Positions 47,095 to 56,109 of a stretch of DNA of 64,000 nucleotides are shown here, in pieces. Where the stretch lies: contig CAMOGA010000003.1 in assembly GCA_946613885.1 (NCBI GenBank), positions 11,764 to 75,763 on the forward strand, written 5' to 3'. The notes under the pieces are model-generated. The model was not told the DNA's origin and made no database searches. It saw only the letters and a list, made by a program, of their open reading frames with translations. Within the stretch, counting starts at the first letter, position 1; each line of letters opens with the position of its first letter. The DNA comes from an uncultured Pseudomonadota bacterium (GTDB lineage: Bacteria > Pseudomonadota > Alphaproteobacteria > Rs-D84). The position numbers and the translations under genes were made by a program.

Positions 47095-47715
47095 GTGAAA
47101 ACATTTCAAAAAAATTTAGGTGTATTATTAGTATCTTTTTTATGTATGATGCCGTCTGCGTTTGGGGTTGATTTATCTGGAACGGTATCGGTAAACCAGG
47201 TCAGTAATACCGCCACAGATGCAAAAACAAACGCGATGAATCGTGCGCGCCGTCAGATTTTGTATGATGTTTTATCGCAATATTCCCAACGCGAATATTT
47301 GAACGATGTTCTGCAAAAATCATCCAACGATGAATTAATGGATTTGATTATATCGACCAGTGTTTCAAATGAACAAATTTCGTCAAATGCATATTCTGCA
47401 AACGTGACAATGAATCTGGATAACGAGGCGGTTAAAAAATGGTTAAATAACCATGGTGTACAAAATTGGGTTCCATCTGCATATTCTGACGAAAAGTTTT
47501 CTGTATTCGTTGTTGTTCAAAACGGTATTGCAGATTGGTCAGAATTAAAACGTATTGCACGTAATGATAATATTGAAATAGAAACTCAACATATTGCGGG
47601 CAATCAAATATTGGCAAAAATGCCATTAAATTACAGATCTAAATTTACTGCAAATATTCGTGGGGCAGGGTGGAAATACACTGACAACAACGGAATATTA
47701 CAAATTTGGAAATAA
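47095..47715 (+). CDS. secreted hypothetical protein
   Basis: GTG start, signal peptide ...PSAFG, 206 aa. Confidence 0.6.
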   Translation: MKTFQKNLGVLLVSFLCMMPSAFGVDLSGTVSVNQVSNTATDAKTNAMNRARRQILYDVLSQYSQREYLNDVLQKSSNDELMDLIISTSVSNEQISSNAYSANVTMNLDNEAVKKWLNNHGVQNWVPSAYSDEKFSVFVVVQNGIADWSELKRIARNDNIEIETQHIAGNQILAKMPLNYRSKFTANIRGAGWKYTDNNGILQIWK

Positions 47716-47740
47716 AAAAACAAAGCGAAAAGGAAACAAA

Positions 47741-48589
47741 ATGAAAAAATCATTAATAGCATTGGCGTTAATCGCGCCATTGGTTGCGGTGGCTGACGAA
47801 GCGCCAAAGGAAGACAAATTCAATTTAAATGTTCGTCGTATCGGTTTAGATTGGATGAAAACAGATATAAAAAATCCACACGAATATCAAAATTCAACAG
47901 TATCAGCATTAACTGCATCAGATCAAGAAAGTATCAAAGGTGTTTTTGATGTCGCACTAGAATACGGTTTCAATCGTTTTAAATGGGATAATTCGTTGTT
48001 TATGGAATATGGTAAACAATCAATTCAACCATACGGTGATGTAAAAACAACAGATGAAAGTGCTGATAAAATTTTATTGTCTTCGGATTTGGCATATGCA
48101 ATATGGGATTTTGATTCTTTTAAATTGGGACCAATTGCACGTATGCAATATGATACAGAATTTAAAGGCAATCCGCGCAGAAATATAATTCGTCCAAATG
48201 CAGGTTTTGCATTATTTGATCACGATATTTTCAAAAGTTTATATGTTGTGGGTGTATACGAATATGATTTTACGTATTCTGATGAAAAAGTCAGCAAATC
48301 TGCGGTTGAAGCCGGTTGGCGTTTGGAATATCAAATTCGCGAAGGCGTAAAATTCTCGTCTGATGGATATTACAGAAAATATTTGTCTTATTCCCAGTAT
48401 GTTGGCGAAGATTTAAAAGACGATTTTTCCGCGGTTGCACGTCTGGATACAAATGTTTGGGGTGATTTGACAATGGGACCTTATATTAAATATCGTCGTG
48501 CACATTCACGTCAGGCCGAACATTATGGCGCAAACACATCTGTTGGTGTGTCGTTCAGTTATATCCATAATTTCGATTTAAGGAAATAA
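47741..48589 (+). CDS. secreted protein, probable outer-membrane beta-barrel
   Basis: Start at MKKSLIALALIAPLVAVADEA (AAAGGAAA RBS). Alternating hydrophobic pattern throughout. Confidence 0.65.
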   Translation: MKKSLIALALIAPLVAVADEAPKEDKFNLNVRRIGLDWMKTDIKNPHEYQNSTVSALTASDQESIKGVFDVALEYGFNRFKWDNSLFMEYGKQSIQPYGDVKTTDESADKILLSSDLAYAIWDFDSFKLGPIARMQYDTEFKGNPRRNIIRPNAGFALFDHDIFKSLYVVGVYEYDFTYSDEKVSKSAVEAGWRLEYQIREGVKFSSDGYYRKYLSYSQYVGEDLKDDFSAVARLDTNVWGDLTMGPYIKYRRAHSRQAEHYGANTSVGVSFSYIHNFDLRK

Positions 48590-50557
48590 TTAAAAAGCCA
48601 ATGTTGTTTTTGCCATAATGAAAAATTCATTTTCATACGATGGATTAACAACATAGGTTGCAGATAAATGTTTATATTTCATGGTGTATTCAACAGACGG
48701 GCGGGTTGATAAATCCAAACCGATATTTGAATACACCATTTGTCCATTATTTGCACGCGCAACCGGAATGTTCATATACATATCGCCGGAAATAATTACA
48801 TCTGGGATTGCGATTTCCAGTGTCCAATCATTATATTGTGTCCCGATTTTTGCAGATGCAGTATAGATGTTTGAAAACCCAGATATAATTGAATTATCTG
48901 TATCTGCGGATGGATTTGTGATACCAAATCGCGCATTTTGATAAAAACGAACATTATCAATATTAAATTCATTTTTATATCCGATAAAATTGGTTAATTT
49001 GTTTGATTTACTGGACATCAATCCGTATGATTCTAATAAATTATTTCCATGAAATCCGAATTCAAACGTATCGAATAAAACCACGGAATCATTATCGTTT
49101 TCACGCAGTTTATCAAAACCACGCCCACGTGGAATAACATTTATGTTGTCTGATAAATTTGTTTTGAACGCGCGTCCGAAATCATCAACAAAGGCAATTT
49201 TGACATTTGAATTTTTGATTGCACCGGCAATCGGACCTGAAACATTAATATTATTCAATGGGACAATATTATCATTTGATAAAACAATACGTGGATTTCC
49301 AACTGGCTGGGTTGCGCGATCCATATTTAATAATCCCCATCCATATACAGAATCAACACCACTTTCGCCCAAATCTGTGGCAGTTGTAAACAATAATTGT
49401 GTAATTTCATTTGCAGACATATACGGAAACGCTTCACGAATTATTGCGATTGCCCCAGAAACCACAGGCGCAGCAAAACTGGTACCAGATGCAAAATCTT
49501 TGACATCTGTGTTCCACCCAGAACCTGGTGCCGCAATACAATAATTTTGTGTGACACCGCATTGGTTGCTGAACCACGCGATTTGACCATAGTTATCAAT
49601 TGCAACCACATTTACAAAATGTCCATTTAATTCTGGAAATGCTAATGGCATCGCAGATAATGCACCGCTTTCGTTTTGGCTGTCGTTGCCGGCTGCCCAA
49701 ACAAATATCGCATCATTATCAATGGCACTGTTGCGAATTTGATTAACAAAATTTTCACTGGTTAAATTATACATATAAGATTGGGCATCAGCATATGTTT
49801 TCGCAGAATTTCCATTATATATCGCGGTTGCCGCATTGTTGTCCGGTGTTGATACCATTTGCCAACTGGCATTATAAACGTTTGCAGATGTGTTTGTCGC
49901 AACAACGTTTGCGATATAATCAAATGAAGCAAATTTATTTTCAGACGTTGTTAACCCCGTATCTGTTATATTTGCACCATTGGCGATATTTTGTGCAATT
50001 TCATGTACTGTGTCGCCATGATTTGCGTGAAAATCATCTAAGATTACAATATTTGTGTTTTTGCCGGAAAAACCACGTGCGTTCGCATATGCAAAATTGA
50101 TAGCATCATATTGCTTATGATTTCTGTTATATTCGGCAGTATTTTTTATCGCATTTATGGTTGAATCTGCAATGTCAGAACCGTTTGTTGTTTGGCTTTG
50201 ATAAGATACTGTGGCGATTCTGCGGTTGTTCACAATATCTGATTGGGCATAGTTCGCGTCTATGTTTGATGACAAAGCAATTCGTTGAAATGAATTTTGA
50301 TTTGTGATTGCACTGGACGAGCCATGATCCCCAGATGTTTGTGATGCTAGTGCAACCCCAACGCCAACCAATGCCGCGCCACCAGCCAATGTTAACAGGG
50401 TGCGATTACCAATCGTTGATTGCGAATTGCATTTTGTCGGGTGTGTATAACGATATTCAATATTATCGCAATTATATCCTGCAAACGCGCCAGTTGTTGC
50501 GAACGCAACCGTTAAAAATACAGAAAAGATGCTTTTTGTTAAATTCATCCCCATCAC
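48590..50557 (-). CDS. S8 subtilisin-family serine protease autotransporter
   Basis: Signal peptide. Asp (IVILDDF), His (HGDTVH), Asn (AAGND) and Ser (SGTSFAAPVVSGAIA) motifs. C-terminal beta-barrel ending ...TTLAF. Confidence 0.85.
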   Translation of the reverse strand: MMGMNLTKSIFSVFLTVAFATTGAFAGYNCDNIEYRYTHPTKCNSQSTIGNRTLLTLAGGAALVGVGVALASQTSGDHGSSSAITNQNSFQRIALSSNIDANYAQSDIVNNRRIATVSYQSQTTNGSDIADSTINAIKNTAEYNRNHKQYDAINFAYANARGFSGKNTNIVILDDFHANHGDTVHEIAQNIANGANITDTGLTTSENKFASFDYIANVVATNTSANVYNASWQMVSTPDNNAATAIYNGNSAKTYADAQSYMYNLTSENFVNQIRNSAIDNDAIFVWAAGNDSQNESGALSAMPLAFPELNGHFVNVVAIDNYGQIAWFSNQCGVTQNYCIAAPGSGWNTDVKDFASGTSFAAPVVSGAIAIIREAFPYMSANEITQLLFTTATDLGESGVDSVYGWGLLNMDRATQPVGNPRIVLSNDNIVPLNNINVSGPIAGAIKNSNVKIAFVDDFGRAFKTNLSDNINVIPRGRGFDKLRENDNDSVVLFDTFEFGFHGNNLLESYGLMSSKSNKLTNFIGYKNEFNIDNVRFYQNARFGITNPSADTDNSIISGFSNIYTASAKIGTQYNDWTLEIAIPDVIISGDMYMNIPVARANNGQMVYSNIGLDLSTRPSVEYTMKYKHLSATYVVNPSYENEFFIMAKTTLAF

Positions 50558-50718
50558 CTATATAAAATATAGTATAAATATTATTTTTGTCAATATATTT
50601 TGTCAATTTTGTATTTTTTTTGTCAAAAATGACTTGACGTTGTTCTATATTGTGGTAGTTTGTGCGTATCGCGGAGCAGAGAGTGTCTATGGGTAATATA
50701 CATGTTAAGGACATTGAA

Positions 50719-51234
50719 ATGACATATATAAGAAACACAAAATACATAACAATTAATAAAGACGGTGTTTTTGTTGGTGGAAAACCTGCAACACATTATC
50801 GCGGGGTAAAAATAGCGTCTGATTCTTGGGAGCATGAAAGCTTTTGTGCTATTCAGGCACGTTATCCGAAAGTTATGGAAATACATGTGTTATCATCTAA
50901 AACCTGTGGTGTGTATGCAAAGGCAGGAAATCCGTCTGCGGAAACTGGGCCAAATGTATGGTGTCGTGTAAAATTTACCAATGGACATATTGGTTCGTGG
51001 GTGCTTCGTAATAAATTTGAATCAGGTAAAGACTTTTGTGCGGAAAACTGTCTTTATGTTTGCATGGCAGAGCTTTGCTTAGAGGAAGATTTTCGCAATG
51101 CAGTATTTGGTGCCAAATTGTTTGATGCTTTAAAAACCTCAGATTTATCTGTTTTTGTTAATAATCCTTTACAAATAAACGGATATGAAATCGTTGTAAA
51201 GAAAATTGCTGAAACACACCAAAACAAAAGATAA
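50719..51234 (+). CDS. array cassette A1 (family A, AT-rich type)
   Basis: Start at MTYIRNTKYITINKDGVFVGGKPATHYRG (AAGGA RBS). Family blocks GNPS..GPNVWCRVKF, CAENC. Tail LQINGYEIVVKKIAETHQNKR*. Confidence 0.8.
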   Translation: MTYIRNTKYITINKDGVFVGGKPATHYRGVKIASDSWEHESFCAIQARYPKVMEIHVLSSKTCGVYAKAGNPSAETGPNVWCRVKFTNGHIGSWVLRNKFESGKDFCAENCLYVCMAELCLEEDFRNAVFGAKLFDALKTSDLSVFVNNPLQINGYEIVVKKIAETHQNKR

Positions 51235-51246
51235 AAGGAAAATAAG

Positions 51247-51687
51247 ATGTCAGAAAAAAACGAAAATCAAACAAACAAAAAAACCAAAGATTTGTCATCA
51301 TCTTTTCCGCTTTACATGATGTGTGTTCTGGTCGCGGGAATGATTGCTGCCGAGATATATCTGACGTTTTGTGGAAAATCAGAATACAAAAATGTCGTTG
51401 TTAAAAACAACAAAGATAAAATATTAGTTCGTGATATTTGTACCGACAAACAAGAAAGAATTTTAACTGGTATTGGTATGCATGATGCTGGTAGCGACTA
51501 TAAATATTTGGTTCCTGGGGATACAATCATCGTCAAAGCAGACAAGGGTGTTTATAAAAACAATAAAGTGCTTTATTATCCAACCATACAATACAATCGT
51601 GATATCACTTTGGCCAGACAGCAACGCGCTAAATTTAATCAAATCAAAGATTCAGTGTTTGCCGAAACACAACAAATCAAAAGATAA
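51247..51687 (+). CDS. array cassette B1 (family B, N-terminal TM anchor)
   Basis: 146 aa. TM helix FPLYMMCVLVAGMIAAEIYLTF. About 90 percent identical to ORF 57502. Tail SVFAETQQIKR*. Confidence 0.85.
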   Translation: MSEKNENQTNKKTKDLSSSFPLYMMCVLVAGMIAAEIYLTFCGKSEYKNVVVKNNKDKILVRDICTDKQERILTGIGMHDAGSDYKYLVPGDTIIVKADKGVYKNNKVLYYPTIQYNRDITLARQQRAKFNQIKDSVFAETQQIKR

Positions 51688-51700
51688 AAGGTTCGTAATC

Positions 51701-52015
51701 ATGGCAAAATCATTGTATGTAAAGGATATTGTAAGTGCACCATATATATGTACTGTGCCGAGCGGCGGTGTAAATGCGATTAAATGTTATCCAGATGCAA
51801 AAACATACCATATTGGTGGTGTAAAGATAGGTTATTCTGCAAAAGAACAAACATTGATTGTTTTATTGCGTTATTCAAGAGAACAAAATGACAAAGCCAT
51901 AAGAACGTTTAAAGAACTGTTTTGTCCTGGACAGGTTGCTTGGGAAAAACAGAAGGGTACTGAAACAATTTTGGAAGAACATTTACGAGAAAGAACACAA
52001 CAAATCAAAAGATAA
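51701..52015 (+). CDS. array cassette C1 (family C)
   Basis: Start MAKSLYVKDIVSAPYICTVPSGGVNAIKCYPDA at ATG 51701 behind the conserved junction. The track ORF 51473 is an upstream extension through the junction. Tail ERTQQIKR*. Confidence 0.75.
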   Translation: MAKSLYVKDIVSAPYICTVPSGGVNAIKCYPDAKTYHIGGVKIGYSAKEQTLIVLLRYSREQNDKAIRTFKELFCPGQVAWEKQKGTETILEEHLRERTQQIKR

Positions 52016-52028
52016 AAGGTTCGTAACC

Positions 52029-52571
52029 ATGGCAAAATCTGATAAACGGGATTTTTATATTGATTTGGCAACGAATACTGTTGAAAGTTTTCGGGATTCT
52101 GCCGATGCCAATTATACGATGACATATAATTTTGGTGATTGGCAGGTGTCCATCAGTTTTTATCGGAATAATATCAAAGGCGGGGCGATATATAAACGCG
52201 ACAATCTGTGTGAGCCGGTTGCCAAATGGTCGCGTTATATGGAAAGCGATAAATCTGTGTTTGATATGTTAATTGCGGTGCAAAGCAAAAGTTTAGGTCG
52301 TCCATATGTAAACCCGTTTGACAAAAAAGCAAATGTGATAGAACGTGTTGTCGGGGCACCTTATATATGCACTATACCCGCTGGTGGTTTGCGTGCGATT
52401 AAATGTTATCCTGATGCCATAACTTGTTTTATTCGCGGTATAAAAATAGGATATTCTGAGCGCGAAAAAACTATGATTGTCCCACTAAAGACGCCTGTGT
52501 CTGAAATAGAAAAGTGTAAAACAATTTTGGAAGAACATTTACAAGAACGAACACAACAAATCAAAAGATAA
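52029..52571 (+). CDS. array cassette C2 (family C with ~100-aa N-terminal extension)
   Basis: Start MAKSDKRDFY at ATG 52029 behind the junction. C-terminal half GAPYICTIPAGGLRAIKCYPDA...TILEEHLQERTQQIKR* aligns with C1. Confidence 0.75.
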   Translation: MAKSDKRDFYIDLATNTVESFRDSADANYTMTYNFGDWQVSISFYRNNIKGGAIYKRDNLCEPVAKWSRYMESDKSVFDMLIAVQSKSLGRPYVNPFDKKANVIERVVGAPYICTIPAGGLRAIKCYPDAITCFIRGIKIGYSEREKTMIVPLKTPVSEIEKCKTILEEHLQERTQQIKR

Positions 52572-52584
52572 AAAGGTAAATAAA

Positions 52585-53070
52585 ATGACAGATATACCAA
52601 ATACAGAATATATTACGGTTAATAAAGATGGGTGTTTTGTTGGGGGAAAACCTGCGACAACATATCGAGGTGAGGAAATATATGGTATAGATTATGTAAA
52701 AAAAGCATTTGAATTGACGCAGAGACAAAATCCAGATGTGGAAGAATTTCATGTCGGTGCGTTTAAAACACCTGGTAAATATGCCAAGGCTGGCAATCCA
52801 TCCGGTGAATGTGGCCCGAACGCATGGTGTCGTATAAAGTTGCGTGGCATGGATGTACCCTCGGCTTTGTGGGTCTTTGACTGTTCATACCCTTCGGTGA
52901 CCGATTGTGCGTATTTCTGTGCGAACTATTGCATGTCCTTTGTTCGCGCCCGCGTGGGTTTCCGCACCGCAGTTTTGGAAGCGGCAGAATCGCAGGTGCG
53001 TCCACGAATAACACCAAATCAAATTATGATTGAAAAAATCCAACAAGATACAAAAGTAAAAGGTATATAA
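52585..53070 (+). CDS. array cassette A2 (family A, GC-rich patch, truncated tail)
   Basis: MTDIPNTEYITVNKDGCFVGGKPATTYRG..., NAWCRIKL, GC-rich segment 52838-53005, tail ...IMIEKIQQDTKVKGI*. Confidence 0.85.
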   Translation: MTDIPNTEYITVNKDGCFVGGKPATTYRGEEIYGIDYVKKAFELTQRQNPDVEEFHVGAFKTPGKYAKAGNPSGECGPNAWCRIKLRGMDVPSALWVFDCSYPSVTDCAYFCANYCMSFVRARVGFRTAVLEAAESQVRPRITPNQIMIEKIQQDTKVKGI

Positions 53071-53071
53071 A

Positions 53072-53764
53072 ATGACAGAATTGGAAAATGTAAGACAGGT
53101 GACTCGGGACCTAAATGAATGGTTAGGCGAAATGCCTTATTTTCCGAACACAGAATATATCACTGTAAATGCGGACGAAATTTTCGTTGGTGGAAAACCT
53201 GCAACGCATTATCTGGGATACGAAATAATTTCACCAGAGTATATTAAAAAGACTTTTAAAGAAATACAAAATAAATTTTCAAATCTGCAAGAAATCCATA
53301 TATTATCATCGTCAACCGATGGTTATGTGGCACCAATACGAAAAGAACGTATAGCGACTGGAGGGTATGCAGCCAGTGAATTACGGCCAAGCCTGCAACA
53401 CGGCAACGCGGCATGGTGTCGTATAAAATTAAATGATGGAACAGAGGGAATTTGGACGTATGAATGCTACTATGGTACTTTTTCAGATTGTGCTGAAAGA
53501 TGTGCACAGGATACTATGAGGGATTTGACTAATGAAAAGATTCCTGCTACTCGATTTATTTTAGCAATTGCAACGAAATCCAAAACGAAATGCACAGCAG
53601 CAAAAAAACAAAATACAAAACCAGTACCACAGCCGGAAACAGAACTTAAACAAACATTAAGAAATACAGATTTATCCAAACTTGCTGGGAAAACTGTTGA
53701 ATTAAATGGATACAAAATCATGATTGAAAAAACCAAACAAGATATAATAACCAAAGGAAAATAA
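53072..53764 (+). CDS. array cassette A3 (family A with N-terminal extension, AT-rich type)
   Basis: ..PNTEYITVNADEIFVGGKPATHY.., AAWCRIKL, DCAERCAQD, tail LNGYKIMIEKTKQDIITKGK*. 1-nt spacer from A2. Confidence 0.85.
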   Translation: MTELENVRQVTRDLNEWLGEMPYFPNTEYITVNADEIFVGGKPATHYLGYEIISPEYIKKTFKEIQNKFSNLQEIHILSSSTDGYVAPIRKERIATGGYAASELRPSLQHGNAAWCRIKLNDGTEGIWTYECYYGTFSDCAERCAQDTMRDLTNEKIPATRFILAIATKSKTKCTAAKKQNTKPVPQPETELKQTLRNTDLSKLAGKTVELNGYKIMIEKTKQDIITKGK

Positions 53765-53765
53765 C

Positions 53766-54053
53766 ATGGCAGAAAAAGCGGAATCAATAATTTTATCAAC
53801 CGGCAAAGATGAAGACGGTGTTTTTGTACGGGCATATAATACGCATTGGAATACGTTCATTGTAAGTCAAAAGAATTATTATGCTAATTATTATCCTGAG
53901 CGCAGTAGAAATATAGATTTATCAGAATTACAACGTGGTGACCGGGTAATATTTGTTCGTCTTCAGTATAAATATTTTATTGAAAATCATTTAACAATGG
54001 AACAAATAAGAAATTCCTTTATCCAAGAGCGAACAAAACAAGACGGCAGATAA
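53766..54053 (+). CDS. array cassette S1 (singleton, 95 aa)
   Basis: 1-nt spacer from A3. Tail ..FIQERTKQDGR* resembles the common tail. Confidence 0.65.
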   Translation: MAEKAESIILSTGKDEDGVFVRAYNTHWNTFIVSQKNYYANYYPERSRNIDLSELQRGDRVIFVRLQYKYFIENHLTMEQIRNSFIQERTKQDGR

Positions 54054-54139
54054 AAATGCTTGCCCTGTAATTTTTTTGACTTAATACGCATGGCGCTATA
54101 TTTATGCGTAAATATAATGGATTTTTTTTAATAAAATAC

Positions 54140-54168
54140 TTGATTTTTTTATAATATTTGGCTATTAT
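54140..54168 (+). promoter_or_regulatory. candidate rpsB promoter
   Basis: TTGATT (54140-54145), 17-nt spacer, TATTAT (54163-54168). A ~115-nt structured leader lies before ATG 54284. Confidence 0.4.
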
Positions 54169-54283
54169 GGTGGCACGCATTTAATGCGAATAACACAGGC
54201 AACAGACATAATTTCTGTCCAAACACGTTTGGTTTTTTACGTCTGCTGACCGAGGATAACAACAGAAAACAAAGGATTTAGAT

Positions 54284-55138
54284 ATGGCATTGCCAACTTT
54301 TACAATGAAACAATTAATGGAAGCGGGCGTTCATTTTGGACATCATACACGTCGTTGGAACCCGTTAATGACACCTTATGTTTATGGGGTCAAAGATAAA
54401 ATTCATATTATCAATTTGAACAAAACTGCACCGTTGTTGCACCGTTCTTTGGTTGCTTTGGAAGCAATCGCAGCGGCTGGTGGAAAAATCTTGTTTGTTG
54501 CAACAAAACATCAGGCAAAAGATATTGTCAAAGATGCGGCAGAACGTTGTGGTCAATATTATGTAAATAACCGTTGGTTGGGTGGTATGTTGACTAACTG
54601 GACAACTGTTTCACAAAGTATTCGTCGTTTGAAAAAAATGGAAAACGATATTGCTAATGCAGACAAATTGGGATTAACCAAAAAAGAAGTCGGTGTTATG
54701 ACCAAAGAAGTTGCTAAATTGCGTGATATTTTCGGTGGTATTTTGGAAATGCACGGTATTCCTCAGGCGATGATTGTTATTGATGTGCCACGTGAAATGA
54801 ACGCTGTTCATGAAGCAAAAGTTTTGGACATTCCAACAATTGCTATCTGTGATACTAATGCAAACCCAGAATTGGTTGATTACCCAGTTCCAGGTAACGA
54901 TGATGCATCACGTGCAACACAATTGTATTGCGATTTATTCGTAGATGCAATTTTGTCTGGTATTGAAAAAAGATTGGGCGGCGCAGCTGGCAAAAAGGCA
55001 GACGTTGATAACGCAGAGGCCGCTGCAGAAGAATACGAACATGATTTAAAGGTCAAAGAAGCAAAACAAAAATCAAAAACTTCCGAAGCCCGCGAAGTTC
55101 GTCGCAGCAAATTGGCAGACAAAGCCGACAAACAATAA
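54284..55138 (+). CDS. rpsB: 30S ribosomal protein S2
   Basis: MKQLMEAGVHFGHHTRRWNP... typical S2. K/E/A-rich C-terminal extension. Confidence 0.97.
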   Translation: MALPTFTMKQLMEAGVHFGHHTRRWNPLMTPYVYGVKDKIHIINLNKTAPLLHRSLVALEAIAAAGGKILFVATKHQAKDIVKDAAERCGQYYVNNRWLGGMLTNWTTVSQSIRRLKKMENDIANADKLGLTKKEVGVMTKEVAKLRDIFGGILEMHGIPQAMIVIDVPREMNAVHEAKVLDIPTIAICDTNANPELVDYPVPGNDDASRATQLYCDLFVDAILSGIEKRLGGAAGKKADVDNAEAAAEEYEHDLKVKEAKQKSKTSEAREVRRSKLADKADKQ

Positions 55139-55160
55139 CTTATAAAGAAAGGAAATAAAA

Positions 55161-56030
55161 ATGGCAGAAGTGACAGCTAAACTGGTTCAAGAATTGCGTG
55201 AAAAAACATCCGCAGGTATGATGGATTGTAAAAAAGCATTGGTTGAAAACAATGGCGATATCGAGGCCGCTGCTGATTGGTTGCGCCAAAAAGGTATCGT
55301 AAAGGCTGCATCTAAGGCGGGCCGTGTTGCGGCATCTGGTTTGGTGACGGTTGTTAAATGCGATAATATGGGTTGTGTTGTTGAATTAAACGCAGAAACA
55401 GATTTCGTTGCTAAAAATGATAAATTCCAATCTTTGGTTGCAAACGTTGCAAACAAAGCACTGGAATTGTCTGGTGATTTCGATGCAACATTAAAGGCAG
55501 TCCAAGATGATATCGCTGCAACAATTTCCACAATTGGTGAAAATATGTCTTTGCGCCGTATTGCCAAGGTTAATGGTGACCATATTTATTCTTATGTTCA
55601 CAATGCTTTGGTTCCAGGTATGGGACAAATTGGTGTTGTTGTTGCAATCAATGGCGATGATGCACGTATTGACGAAATTGGTGGCAAAATCGCAATGCAT
55701 ATTGCTGCGAACAAACCTGAATTTATGACTATTGCTGACGTTGATCCAAAGGCGGTTGAACGCGAAAAGAAAGTATTCATTGAATCTGGGGCAACAGCGG
55801 GTAAACCTGAAAACATTGTTGAAAAAATGGTCGAAGGTCGTATCCAAAAATGGTATGCGGAATCAGTATTAGAAGAACAACCATTTGTTATGGACCCTTC
55901 TAAGAAAGTTAAAGATGTTGTCGCAGAACACGGCGGTAAATTGGCCGGGTTCGCATACTATGTCTTGGGCGAAGGTATCCAAAAACGCGAAGACAATTTG
56001 GCTGATGAAGTTGCAAAAATGTTGAAATAA
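55161..56030 (+). CDS. tsf: elongation factor Ts
   Basis: VTAKLVQELREKTSAGMMDCKKALVENNGDIEAAADWLRQKG... typical EF-Ts. Confidence 0.97.
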   Translation: MAEVTAKLVQELREKTSAGMMDCKKALVENNGDIEAAADWLRQKGIVKAASKAGRVAASGLVTVVKCDNMGCVVELNAETDFVAKNDKFQSLVANVANKALELSGDFDATLKAVQDDIAATISTIGENMSLRRIAKVNGDHIYSYVHNALVPGMGQIGVVVAINGDDARIDEIGGKIAMHIAANKPEFMTIADVDPKAVEREKKVFIESGATAGKPENIVEKMVEGRIQKWYAESVLEEQPFVMDPSKKVKDVVAEHGGKLAGFAYYVLGEGIQKREDNLADEVAKMLK

Positions 56031-56059
56031 TTTCGCATAAATCAAAAAAAACGGAGAGA

Positions 56060-56089
56060 GTCGCACAGGTTTTATTTGTGCGACTTTTT
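56060..56089 (+). terminator. rho-independent terminator after tsf
   Basis: GTCGCACA-GGTTTTATT-TGTGCGAC followed by TTTTT. Confidence 0.75.
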
Positions 56090-56109
56090 CAGCAAAAAAG
56101 GGATGAAAT

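Noticed and set aside
51473-52015. Track ORFs that start far upstream of the junction (51473, 51936, 57015, 58474), suggesting fusion of neighbouring cassettes by programmed +1 frameshifting
   Set aside because: The downstream frame is open through the junction (..NKSKDKRFV(I/T)M..). However, each junction has a conserved AAAGG RBS and an ATG at fixed distance. The extension peptides are low-complexity K-rich read-through of the previous gene, and there is no recognisable slippery site before the stop. I therefore annotated the conserved ATGs as starts.
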